Shown piece by piece: positions 13,364-23,772 of a stretch of 52,553 nucleotides of DNA. The DNA is taken from positions 1-52,553 of the forward strand of contig JBEVNX010000091.1 of NCBI GenBank assembly GCA_040507895.1, in the 5' to 3' direction. The notes under the pieces were generated by a model. It saw only the letters and a program-made list of their open reading frames with translations. It did not search any database and was not told where the DNA came from. The first letter of the stretch is position 1. Each line of letters opens with the position of its first letter. Both the position numbers and the translations under genes were made by a program. The stretch comes from Candidatus Binatia bacterium. Lineage in GTDB: Bacteria > Desulfobacterota > Binatia > JACPRU01.

Positions 13364-13443
13364 GGCTTTCGGGTTGCAAGCGCCCTTCGGATGGTTACTT
13401 AGCAACCTAGTGATCGAAATTTGCGACGCGCAAAGGTGAATAC

Positions 13444-15372
<1,929 letters not shown>

Positions 15373-15444
15373 TCGAGGAGTCTCGCCTCCGCCGTCCGGG
15401 TCTACTGGAAAAGGAGGCGGGACCCCTGTCATACATAGATCCCG

Positions 15445-16560
15445 ATGCCTCCCGCCAAGCGCGACCCCTACGAGGTGCTCGGTGTCGGTCGCGAGGCCTC
15501 GCAGGAGGAGATCAAGAAGGCCTACCGTAAGCTCGCGCTGAAGCACCATCCCGATCGCAACCCCGGCGACAAGGCTGCGGAAGAGCGGTTCAAAGACGCT
15601 TCCGCGGCCTACCAGATCCTCGGCGACCCGGAGCGGCGCGCGCAGTTCGACCGATTCGGACACGCCGCCTTCGATCAGCAGACCGGGTTCGGCGGCTTCG
15701 ATTTTAGCGCCGGCTTCGAGGATTTGTTCAGCGACATATTCGGCGACTTCTTCGGCGCCGGTCGTGGCCGTTCGCGGGGTCGCTCGCGCCGCGGCGAGGA
15801 TCTTCGCTACGACCTCGAGATCCAGTTCGAGGAAGCCGCCTTCGGGGGCGAGAAGAAGCTTTCGGTCCCTCGCTGGAAAGGCTGTGAGGCGTGCGGCGGC
15901 CGCGGCGCGAAGAGCGGCACGGCACCTCGCACTTGCCCGTCCTGTCGCGGCAGCGGGCAGTTGCGCTTTCAGCAGGGATTCTTCTCGATCGCCAAGACGT
16001 GCACGCAGTGCGGCGGCCAAGGCTCCGTCATCGCCGATCCTTGCGAGACGTGCGGCGGAGGGGGCCGCATACGCGTCACCCAGAACCTCAATCTCAAGAT
16101 CCCGCCTGGGGTCGACAACGGCTCGCGCCTCAAGCTTCGAGGCGAAGGAGAGGCGGGCATGGCTGGCGGCCCGTCCGGGGATCTCTACGTCGTCATCTCG
16201 GTCGCGGAGCACCCGCTCTTCGCGCGCCAAGGCAAAGACATCGTCTGTGAGCTTCCGGTGTCGTTCACGCAGCTCGCGCTCGGCGCGGAGGTCGAGGTGC
16301 CGACGCTCGAAGAAAAGGCCAAGCTGAAGATACCCGCGGGCACGCAGACGGGCGCCGTGTTTCGCCTCAAGGGCAAGGGCATCGCCGACCTGCAAGGGTA
16401 CGCGCGGGGAGACGAGCTGGTTCGCGTTCACGTCGACGTACCGCGCAAGCTCTCCGGGCGCCAGCGCGAGCTCCTCGAGGAATACGCTCGCAACGGCGGC
16501 GAGGAGGTCGGTCCGGTCAACAAGGGCTTCCTCGATCGCGTGCGCGAGATGTTCGGCTGA
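15445..16560 (+). CDS. dnaJ: Co-chaperone DnaJ
   Basis: 371 aa. Has a J domain with HPDRNP, a G/F-rich linker, and four CxxCxGxG zinc motifs ([32 protein letters not shown]). Confidence 0.97.
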   Translation: MPPAKRDPYEVLGVGREASQEEIKKAYRKLALKHHPDRNPGDKAAEERFKDASAAYQILGDPERRAQFDRFGHAAFDQQTGFGGFDFSAGFEDLFSDIFGDFFGAGRGRSRGRSRRGEDLRYDLEIQFEEAAFGGEKKLSVPRWKGCEACGGRGAKSGTAPRTCPSCRGSGQLRFQQGFFSIAKTCTQCGGQGSVIADPCETCGGGGRIRVTQNLNLKIPPGVDNGSRLKLRGEGEAGMAGGPSGDLYVVISVAEHPLFARQGKDIVCELPVSFTQLALGAEVEVPTLEEKAKLKIPAGTQTGAVFRLKGKGIADLQGYARGDELVRVHVDVPRKLSGRQRELLEEYARNGGEEVGPVNKGFLDRVREMFG

Positions 16561-16582
16561 AGCACCGCGCGGCGTCCGCAGG

Positions 16583-17908
16583 GTGGACAGGCACCCGGAT
16601 TCGGGGTGGGATGTCAGGGTGCTGCCGCCGATTTCGACGCTGCTGGTTTTTGTTGCGCTGCTCGCTGCACCGATCGGCGCTGCGGGACAAGCTCCGCCGG
16701 TGCCGCTGGTCCCCAGCCAATCGATTGCTCCGCCGCAGGCCATCGCCGCGCCTCCGGCCGTCGGCGTGCTGCTGCCGCTTTCCGGGCGATACCGGTCCTT
16801 CGGTGAATCGTGCCTACGCGGAATTCGCGTCGCGCTCGGCGCGCTCGAGGACCGAGTACCACTCGTACGCACCGTCGTCCTCGATACGCGAGGCGAACCG
16901 GCGGAAGCCGCAGCCGGCTATCAGAAGCTCGCGTCCGATCCGGGAATCCTGGTCGTTCTCGGACCCATGCTCACTCCCGAGGTCGAGGCGGTCGCATCCC
17001 CCGCGCTGAGCTACGGCCTCGCGACGTTCGCTTTCTCGCAGCGCCCGGTTCGCAGCGGCGGACCACTGTTTCGCTTTTCTCTCACCAAGGAGGACCAGGT
17101 CCATTCGCTCGCCCAGTTCGCCGTCCAAGAGAACGGCTTGCGGCGCTGGGCGACATTTCATCCCAACGACGCCTACGGGCGGGAGATCGCAGCGCAGTTC
17201 CGCATTGCAGTGGAAGTCCACGGCGGCCGCGTCGTGGCCGCCGTCGGCTACGACCCCGCCAAGAACGATCTCCAGGAGGAAGCCAAGCGCCTGCAGTCGA
17301 GGATCGGGGTCGCCGAGAACCAGCCGCCGCCGGTCGACGGCGTCTTTCTTCCGGATTCAGCGGACCGGCTGGCGATGCTCGTGTCCTACTTGACGTCCAT
17401 CGATCTTCGGGGCGTGCAGTTGCTCGGTGCCAGCGGCTGGGACCGGCCGCAGGAGCTGCTCGCAGCCGGTCCCTCGGTCGAGGGCGGGGTGTTCGTCGAT
17501 GGATTCTTCGTCTACAGCTTCCGGCCGGAAGTTCGCGCCTTCGTCGACGCGTATCGCGATGCATTTCACACCAATCCAGGCACGCTAGAGGCTTATGGGT
17601 TCGATGCCGCGATGCTGGTCCGCGAGGTTCTCTCCCGCGGGGCGCGCACGCGACCCGAAGTCCTCGGCGAGCTGCACCGACCGTTTTCACGCCGCGGTGC
17701 GACGGGGGCGACGGTGGTCACCGCAGACGGCCGCATCGAGAAAGGGCTGTTCCTTCTCAAGGTCGAAGAGGGAACGGTCCGGGAACTGGACAGCGACGCC
17801 GCGGCAGCGCCGATAGGTAACGCGCCGGTCGTGCCGGTGGACCCGGCCGATTCGCTGCGCCCGCCGCAACGGGATTCCCGCTCGATGGAGGACCGGGTTG
17901 GTCACTGA
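16583..17908 (+). CDS. Secreted type-1 periplasmic binding-fold protein (Leu/Ile/Val-binding-like / LpoA-like)
   Basis: 441 aa. Has a signal-like N terminus (LLVFVALLAAPIGAAGQ). VGVLLPLSGRYRSFGESCLRGIRVAL...LDTRGEP is typical of the PBP1/LivK-like fold. The GTG start is uncertain. Confidence 0.75.
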   Translation: MDRHPDSGWDVRVLPPISTLLVFVALLAAPIGAAGQAPPVPLVPSQSIAPPQAIAAPPAVGVLLPLSGRYRSFGESCLRGIRVALGALEDRVPLVRTVVLDTRGEPAEAAAGYQKLASDPGILVVLGPMLTPEVEAVASPALSYGLATFAFSQRPVRSGGPLFRFSLTKEDQVHSLAQFAVQENGLRRWATFHPNDAYGREIAAQFRIAVEVHGGRVVAAVGYDPAKNDLQEEAKRLQSRIGVAENQPPPVDGVFLPDSADRLAMLVSYLTSIDLRGVQLLGASGWDRPQELLAAGPSVEGGVFVDGFFVYSFRPEVRAFVDAYRDAFHTNPGTLEAYGFDAAMLVREVLSRGARTRPEVLGELHRPFSRRGATGATVVTADGRIEKGLFLLKVEEGTVRELDSDAAAAPIGNAPVVPVDPADSLRPPQRDSRSMEDRVGH

Positions 17909-18875
17909 CCGCCGCCGCCTCTACGACCTCGGGGAGTTTGGATTCATCGCGCGTGTGCGCCGACTCGTGGCGTCGCGTGACGACGTGGAGGTCGGCATCG
18001 GCGATGACTGCGCCGTCGCGCGCGTCGGCCGCCGACGCTTGCTCCTCACCACGGACGCGCTGGTGGAGGGCGTGCACTTCCGTCGTTCGTGGGACCAACC
18101 CGCGGGGCTAGGCCGGCGCGCCTTCACGGTCAATGCCAGCGACGTCGCCGCCATGGGCGGCCGGCCGCGCTACGCGCTGCTGTCGCTGGCCGCACCGAAG
18201 ACGGCCCTCTCGGACGACGTGACGGCCATGGTTCGCGGCTTCGTCAAGGCGGCGTCGGCGCACGGTTGCGCCCTGATCGGCGGTAACCTCGCGGCAGCGC
18301 CCCGATGGATCATTTCGGTCACGCTGGTCGGCGAGCCGTGCGGTGAACCGCTGCTCCGGTCCGGGGCGCGGGCCGGTGATCTCGTCTACGTGAGCGGCAC
18401 TCTGGGCGGGGCGGCGTACGCTCGGGAGATCTTGCTCGGTCGCCGCTCCGGCAACCAGGCCGCAACCCTGCCGTTCCGCCGACCGATCGCCAGGTTGGCG
18501 CTCGGCGCGGCGCTGGCGCGGGCGCGGGCGGCGAGCGCGGCCATCGACGTGAGCGACGGCCTGCTCCAGGATCTGCAACACGTGTGCGAGGCGAGCGGCG
18601 TCGGCGCCGTCGTCGACGCGAGCCGATTGCCGTGCGCCCGGAGCCTCCGCAGGCTCACGCCCGAGAAGCGATTGGCGCATGCGCTGGCGGGGGGCGAGGA
18701 CTACGAGCTGGTCTTCACGGTGCGTCGAGCCCAGGCCGATGGACTCCCGCGGCTTTGCGCCGGCACTCCGATCGCGTGCATCGGTGCGATCGTTCCCGGT
18801 GCCAAGGTGCGGGTGGTCGGTGCGGACGGGAGCGGGGCGCGCCTCGCGCGTGGGTTCGATCACTTTCGACGCTGA
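17898..18875 (+). CDS. thiL: Thiamine-monophosphate kinase
   Basis: 325 aa. Contains LGEFGFIARV, GIGDDCAV, TTDALVEGVHF and a C-terminal AIR-synthase-like domain. The TTG start overlaps the preceding gene by 11 nt. Confidence 0.9.
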   Translation: MVTDRRRLYDLGEFGFIARVRRLVASRDDVEVGIGDDCAVARVGRRRLLLTTDALVEGVHFRRSWDQPAGLGRRAFTVNASDVAAMGGRPRYALLSLAAPKTALSDDVTAMVRGFVKAASAHGCALIGGNLAAAPRWIISVTLVGEPCGEPLLRSGARAGDLVYVSGTLGGAAYAREILLGRRSGNQAATLPFRRPIARLALGAALARARAASAAIDVSDGLLQDLQHVCEASGVGAVVDASRLPCARSLRRLTPEKRLAHALAGGEDYELVFTVRRAQADGLPRLCAGTPIACIGAIVPGAKVRVVGADGSGARLARGFDHFRR

Positions 18876-18922
18876 GCCGCCTACTTTTCCGCGTCGGCGC
18901 AACCTGCGATAAGCGAGGCTCG

Positions 18923-19693
18923 TTGGATCCGAAGCGCATCAGGAGGCTTCTCGAGGACGTTCGCCGCGGTGCGCGGAGCGTCGGCGGGGCGCTCGACGAG
19001 TTGCGCCACCTGCCTTACGAAGACCTCGGCTTCGCCAAGGTCGATCACCATCGCTCGTTGCGCCAGGGTTTCCCCGAGGTGATCTTCGCGCAGGGCAAGA
19101 CGCGCACTCAGATCCTCGAGATCGCGCAGCGCCTGGCGGCCGGAGGCCACGACGTGGTGATCACGCGCATCGATCCGCCGGACGCCGACGCGCTGGCGGA
19201 ACGACTACCGGGGACCCGCTATTCGCACCAGGGCCGCATCGCCTGGCGCACCACGCAGCGGCGCAAGCCGCGCTTCGGGAGAGTGCTGGTCATCTCTGCT
19301 GGGACCGCGGATCTGCCGGTGGCGGAGGAAGCGGCGGTGACGGCGGAATGCGCGGGTTGCGAGGTCGAGCGCCTCTATGACGTCGGCGTCTCGGGGCTTC
19401 ACCGCTTGTTCGATCACGGCAGACGGATTCGCGACGCCGACGTGGTCGTCGTCGTTGCCGGCATGGAAGGCGCGCTACCGAGCGTCGTAGCCGGCTGGGT
19501 GGAACAGCCGGTAATCGCCGTGCCGACGAGCGTCGGCTACGGCGCGAGCTTCGGCGGCCTCGCCGCGCTGCTTTCGATGCTGAATTCCTGTGCCGCCGGC
19601 ACGACGGTCGTGAACATCGACAACGGCTTCGGCGCCGCCGTGGCGGCGCTGCGGATCCTGCGCCGCAGCCAACGAGCGCGCCGCAAGCGGTGA
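18923..19693 (+). CDS. larB: LarB-type AIR-carboxylase-like protein (nickel-pincer cofactor biosynthesis, pyridinium-3,5-biscarboxylic acid mononucleotide synthase family)
   Basis: The C-terminal 256 aa of ORF 18584..19693 carries the match: HLPYEDLGFAKVDHHRSLRQGFPEVIFAQGK, VISAGTADLPVAEEA, VVVAGMEGALPSVVAG. The first ~113 aa of that ORF are an out-of-frame reading of thiL. An in-frame TTG at 18923 has GCGAGG upstream. No ATG is available. Confidence 0.8.
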   Translation: MDPKRIRRLLEDVRRGARSVGGALDELRHLPYEDLGFAKVDHHRSLRQGFPEVIFAQGKTRTQILEIAQRLAAGGHDVVITRIDPPDADALAERLPGTRYSHQGRIAWRTTQRRKPRFGRVLVISAGTADLPVAEEAAVTAECAGCEVERLYDVGVSGLHRLFDHGRRIRDADVVVVVAGMEGALPSVVAGWVEQPVIAVPTSVGYGASFGGLAALLSMLNSCAAGTTVVNIDNGFGAAVAALRILRRSQRARRKR

Positions 19694-21066
19694 TGTCGGC
19701 GCCGATCACATCCGGACGAACCCGCCGCATGTTGAAGGTCGGCGCGCTCACGGGTCAGCTCGGCTCGAGCTACGCGTGGCAGAGCTTGCTCAAGCCTTTT
19801 CGCTCGGTCGATGCACACCGCCGCGAGCTTCTCGATACCCACGTGCGCAACGCCCTGCGCATCGTCGCGAGCTCCACCGAGCTTCGCGGCGCGTTCACCA
19901 AGCTTGTGCAGATGCTGTCGATGCGCGACGACCTGTTGCCGACCCAGGCGATCGACGTGCTGGCCGCGGCGCGGGCCAGTGTGCCGCCCATGCCCTACCG
20001 GATGATACGGGAACGGCTGCGCGCGGAGCTCGGCAAGCCGCCCGAGCGCTTGTTCGCGCGCTTCGAGCGCGAGGCGTTCGCCGCCGCTTCGCTCGGGCAA
20101 GTACATCGAGCGGAGCTATCCTCTGGCCAGAGCGTCGTGGTGAAGATTCAGTACCCGGGCATCGAAGAGACCGTGGAGCAAGACCTGCAAAACGTCAAAG
20201 CGCTCCTCCACCTGGCGACGCGCATCGGCCGAGATGTGATGGGGCGGCGCATCGACACGAGAGCGCTTCACCGAGAGCTCGCGGACCGCTTGCGAGAAGA
20301 GATCGACTACCGGCAGGAGGCGGCGAACCTGTCCCGCTTCCGCGAGCTCTTTGCCGACGACGACGAGATCGAGATTCCCAAGGTCATAGACCGGCTGAGC
20401 AGCCGTCGCGTGCTGACGATGACGTTTCTCGAAGGCTATCTGCTGTCGGACGTGCTCGCGCCCGGCGTGGATCAGGAGCTGAAGGATTGGGTCGCCTTCA
20501 AGTACTTCCGGGCCGTCTGCCGGCAAATCCTACGCTTCGGCGTGCTCCACACCGACCCGCAACCGGCGAACTATCTCGTGACCCATCACCCGAGGCTCGG
20601 GATTCTCGATTTCGGATCGATCCGCGTCTTTCCCGAGATCTTGCGTCGCGCGTACGTCAGGCTCGCGCAGGGCCTTCTCGAAGCCGATCGTGAAGAGATC
20701 GTCGCCGCTTGCCGCGCGCTCGACTACCTGGCCGACGACGACCCGCCCGAGGCGATGGTCGAGATCCTCCAGACGCTGTTCGAACCGTTGCTCGAGGATC
20801 GGGAGTACGACTTCGCCCGCTACCGGTCTCTCGACAAGGCGATCGAGGTCGCGACCGTGGCCGTCGAGAACGGACTCTATCGCACGCCCGGACACCGCCT
20901 GTTCCTCGTTCGCGCGCTGGTGGGTCTCGAAGCCTACGTGAAGCAGCTCGGCACGGTGGCCAATTGGCGGCGTGTCTTCGCTGAGGAGGTGGCCGCGGCG
21001 CGCGGGGCGGCGGATGCGCCTACGGATGCGGCGGCGCGGACGGCGGCTTCGCGGCGAATGCGCTAG
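19690..21066 (+). CDS. ABC1/UbiB-family atypical protein kinase
   Basis: 458 aa. Contains AFTKLVQMLSMRDDLLP, AAASLGQVHRAEL, VVVKIQYPGIEETVEQDL and HTDPQPANYLV. The GTG at 19690 (or ATG at 19693) overlaps the larB stop. Confidence 0.9.
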   Translation: MMSAPITSGRTRRMLKVGALTGQLGSSYAWQSLLKPFRSVDAHRRELLDTHVRNALRIVASSTELRGAFTKLVQMLSMRDDLLPTQAIDVLAAARASVPPMPYRMIRERLRAELGKPPERLFARFEREAFAAASLGQVHRAELSSGQSVVVKIQYPGIEETVEQDLQNVKALLHLATRIGRDVMGRRIDTRALHRELADRLREEIDYRQEAANLSRFRELFADDDEIEIPKVIDRLSSRRVLTMTFLEGYLLSDVLAPGVDQELKDWVAFKYFRAVCRQILRFGVLHTDPQPANYLVTHHPRLGILDFGSIRVFPEILRRAYVRLAQGLLEADREEIVAACRALDYLADDDPPEAMVEILQTLFEPLLEDREYDFARYRSLDKAIEVATVAVENGLYRTPGHRLFLVRALVGLEAYVKQLGTVANWRRVFAEEVAAARGAADAPTDAAARTAASRRMR

Positions 21067-21778
21067 GATCGAAGGTCTCGGGCGGGACCGGCGCGGCAGC
21101 CTTCCATTCGAGCGAGAGCACGTCCTTGGTGCGGATTTTGAAGTCCTGCATCGTCACTCGCTTCGGACGCCACTGCTGGCCGACCCGAACGAAGTCGTCG
21201 TTGCGGAGCATCTTCACGAGATTCGTCATCGTGCCCTTGTAGAGCAGCGCCTGGAGCATCGTCGCGTTCTCGCGGTCGAACTTGTAGACCATCAGCGCGT
21301 ACTGTGAGGGCGGTCTCTTGGGCTCGCAGACGATCGAAAAGCGATCCTCGCTGAGCTCGGCGAGCCGCATCGCCGCGCACCGCTCCGGAGCGAACGCGAG
21401 GACGTCTTCGGCGGTGAAACTCGTCGAACCGATTGCTTGATCCCCCTTGGCGTGGCTCGCCTTCCCGTCGCTCGCGATCCAGAGCTCGGCTGGCCCAAGG
21501 CCGAGGAGGCGGATCTTCGCCTTGTCGAACTCGACGTACGCCTGCGGCGGCATCCTCGGTCCGCTGCCCGCGCGCTCGATCCACACCAGGCGATCCCCGG
21601 TCTTTCCCTGCAAGCCCTCGCTCTCGATCGTTCCCTCGGCGCGCAGCGGGCTCGAGGGCTGAACGACCTCACCGACTGCTTGGAGCAGCCCCGCGAGCGA
21701 ATCCTCGGCGAACGCTCGGGCTACGAAGAGGAGCGATGCGAGTGCCGAGCCGAGCGCGAGGCGGACCATCGCCGGCAT
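21020..21778 (-). CDS. Secreted LolA-like (outer-membrane lipoprotein-sorting family) protein
   Basis: 252 aa. Has a signal peptide (MPAMVRLALGSALASLLFVARAFA). Size and beta-rich composition resemble LolA_like-domain proteins, but that assignment is from memory and tentative. The 3' end overlaps the kinase gene by 47 nt. Confidence 0.6.
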   Translation of the reverse strand: MPAMVRLALGSALASLLFVARAFAEDSLAGLLQAVGEVVQPSSPLRAEGTIESEGLQGKTGDRLVWIERAGSGPRMPPQAYVEFDKAKIRLLGLGPAELWIASDGKASHAKGDQAIGSTSFTAEDVLAFAPERCAAMRLAELSEDRFSIVCEPKRPPSQYALMVYKFDRENATMLQALLYKGTMTNLVKMLRNDDFVRVGQQWRPKRVTMQDFKIRTKDVLSLEWKAAAPVPPETFDPSAFAAKPPSAPPHP

Positions 21779-22468
21779 ATTTCGGTGCGCATTCGGCCGA
21801 AGTCAAGGAGGTCGTCACGCGCCTCGCGCTTGACGGGCCTCGGCTCCGCGAAGCATAGCGAGTCAGCCGATGGCGAAAGACCGGGAGCGCGCCGATCCTT
21901 CTCACGCCGAATCGCAACCCCAATGGCGGAAGCGGGCCGGATGAGTGGGCTCGGCAGGCGGCCGGTCGCGTCGCGCAGCTCGCCTCCGCGCGCCTCGCGC
22001 GCGCGGTCTTCTTACCGCTCATCGGGCTCTTCATCGTCTACAAGCTCGTGTTGCTCGCCTGCGTCACTTCCAGCACGAAGAGGATCAGCAGGTAGACGCG
22101 GAAGTCCCCGACCAGCCGGAAAGCGAGCCTGCAGAGGGTGGTTTCCGGCTCTTAGACCGAGAGCTGACGCAGAATAGGCCCGGTGACGAAGGGGTCGAGC
22201 ACCGTCTCGATCGCGAACACCGGAGCGTGGACGTTCAGGAACGGCGCCGCGCGCGGCTCCACGCCTCGGCGGCCGTGGGGCGGAAGAGCAGCCAGTAGAG
22301 CATGAAGAACGCCGGGACCGGGCACGGCGCGTATACGGTTTGCAGGTCGCTCTGGTAGATTTCGCGCCAGCTCGCGAACATCGGCCGGACTTATCGTGCA
22401 TGCGGCCGCAGTGGCAAGCGTCCGTTCGGCCCGTTGCCGTTGGCGAACTTTCGTGGGAGAGAGCCGCC

Positions 22469-23164
22469 GTGGCGTCTTCCGGCACCGCCGATCATCCATT
22501 CACTCCGGATCTATTCGCGCGCGTGGACGAGAGCGACGATGCCTCGTTCTATGCGGCGCCCCGCAAGGTCGTCCACCTCGACGAACCGGCGATCGCGGCG
22601 GTCACCGCGTTCTTCGCCGAGCACCTGCCGCCGCACGGCGAGCTGCTCGATGTGATGGCGAGTTGGCGCTCTCACCTGCCGAAGGCGCTGCCGCGCAAGC
22701 GTGTCGTCGGGCTCGGGATGAACGACGAGGAGATGGCCGACAACCCGGATCTCGAAGCTCGGGTCGTTCACGACCTCAATCGCGATCCCGAGCTACCGTT
22801 CACGGACTGCACGTTCGACGCCGCCACGCTCACCGTCTCAATGCAGTATCTCACCAAGCCGATCGACGTGTTCCGGTCCATCGCGCGCTGCTTGCGGCCA
22901 GGTGCTCCGCTGATCGTCGTGGTATCGCATCGCTGCTTTCCGACCAAAGCCGTGAAGATCTTTCAGCAGTGCCAGACGATGCGCGAGCGCATGGAGCTCG
23001 GCATGGCATACTTCAGCTTTGCGGGTGGATTCACGGACGTGCTCGGCGTGGATCTTCGGCCTACGGTCCCGCCTGGCGAAGATCCCGTGAGAGCAATCAT
23101 CGGCAGGCGCGAGCGCCCCACCCCTGCAGCGGGGCGCCGCGGAGTGACGTGGCGTCGTCGTTGA
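22469..23164 (+). CDS. Class I SAM-dependent methyltransferase-like protein
   Basis: The conserved part of ORF 22340..23164 is FYAAPRKVVHLDEPAI...LLDVMASWRSHLP...VVGLGMNDEEMADNP...DLNRDPELPF.D.TFD...SMQYLTKPIDVFRSIARCLRPGAPLIV. An in-frame GTG at 22469 is preceded by GGGAGAG. The longer start at 22340 is possible. Confidence 0.8.
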   Translation: MASSGTADHPFTPDLFARVDESDDASFYAAPRKVVHLDEPAIAAVTAFFAEHLPPHGELLDVMASWRSHLPKALPRKRVVGLGMNDEEMADNPDLEARVVHDLNRDPELPFTDCTFDAATLTVSMQYLTKPIDVFRSIARCLRPGAPLIVVVSHRCFPTKAVKIFQQCQTMRERMELGMAYFSFAGGFTDVLGVDLRPTVPPGEDPVRAIIGRRERPTPAAGRRGVTWRRR

Positions 23165-23172
23165 CGTTTTTT
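23153..23172 (+). terminator. Weak candidate intrinsic terminator at the methyltransferase stop
   Basis: CGTCG (23153-57), loop TCGT, TGACG (23162-66), then TTTTTT (23167-72). The stem is only 5 bp including one G-T pair. Confidence 0.3.
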
Positions 23173-23341
23173 GTCTACCGAAAATGCAATTTCCGCCACA
23201 ATTTCGATACAGCAGGGGCTTCGCGATTTCGGGCGGTGAAGCGAGGCACGAAGCCGTCAATCGAGAAAAACTCAAGAAAAAAGCACTGCTGTCAGCGGAG
23301 AGAGCCTCCAACGTGGGTCGCTGTGTTTGAGGTCGGTAAGA

Positions 23342-23357
23342 CGGAACGAAGATTGCA
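23342..23357 (+). promoter_or_regulatory. Sigma-54-like -24/-12 element upstream of the 68-aa ORF
   Basis: CGGAACGAAGATTGCA has GG and GC at the exact consensus spacing and a perfect TTGCA at -12. However, C replaces the conserved T before GG. It lies about 80 nt upstream of the ATG at 23438, in an AT-rich intergenic region. Confidence 0.3.
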
Positions 23358-23437
23358 ATGATTCTCAGAAAGTGAGGACGACGACCCCCAGAGCGGACCG
23401 AGCTTCGAGCTCCAGCCCCGGTGCTGCGGGAGGCCCA

Positions 23438-23644
23438 ATGTTGAACGACCTGCGTGACGTCTATTCCGACCCGGACACGATGTTCGTCGTGAGCGTCATC
23501 TCCGAGGCGATGCAGCGAGGGGTTCGACACTTCAAGCTCGACGGCACACCGCTCGGCAGACTGAACGAGATCATCGACGCGCTCGCCGAGGACGGCGAGA
23601 TCTTGATGGACGCCGACGGGTCGAAGGATTGCCCGAGACACTGA
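23438..23644 (+). CDS. Small acidic hypothetical protein (68 aa)
   Basis: This is an internal ATG of ORF 23327..23644, preceded by GGGAGG 5 nt upstream. The third codon position is G/C-rich like neighbouring genes. The protein is MLNDLRDVYSDPDTMFVVSVISEAMQRGVRHFKLDGTPLGRLNEIIDALAEDGEILMDADGSKDCPRH. A strong terminator follows. I recognise no family. Confidence 0.7.
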   Translation: MLNDLRDVYSDPDTMFVVSVISEAMQRGVRHFKLDGTPLGRLNEIIDALAEDGEILMDADGSKDCPRH

Positions 23645-23669
23645 GCCGCTCGCGGCTTTCCGGTTGGCC

Positions 23670-23702
23670 GAGGGGCCGCTCGCCAGTGGCCTCTCTTTTT
23701 TT
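23670..23702 (+). terminator. Rho-independent terminator after the 68-aa ORF
   Basis: GAGGGGCC (23670-77), a 10-nt loop, GGCCTCTC (23688-95; 8 bp including one G-T), then TTTTTTT (23696-23702). Confidence 0.8.
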
Positions 23703-23772
23703 GCGCGTGATCTCCGCGATCGGTCGCGATCGCTCTTGACAATCTCGCCGCTTTGCTAGTGAAGCTCGCCTA

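Noticed and set aside
12683-13443. CIRCE (TTAGCACTC-N9-GAGTGCTAA) or a sigma-32-type heat-shock promoter upstream of grpE and dnaK. Also the inverted repeat GGTTGC...GCAACC (13371-13417) and the palindrome TTGCGACGCGCAA before dnaK.
   Set aside because: There is no CIRCE-like sequence and no hrcA. The candidate -35/-10 matches (CTTAAG..., TTGCAA-N16-TACTTA) are too weak to call. The short palindromes are of a size expected by chance.
18584-18922. The long N-terminal part of ORF 18584..19693, considered as part of LarB.
   Set aside because: It overlaps thiL out of frame and translates to Arg/Gly-rich junk. LarB-family similarity begins only after the thiL stop, so the TTG at 18923 was used.
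23185-23198. TGGCGGAAATTGCA on the minus strand in the AT-rich island, considered as a divergent sigma-54 promoter.
   Set aside because: The GG-to-GC spacing is two nucleotides too short for a -24/-12 promoter.
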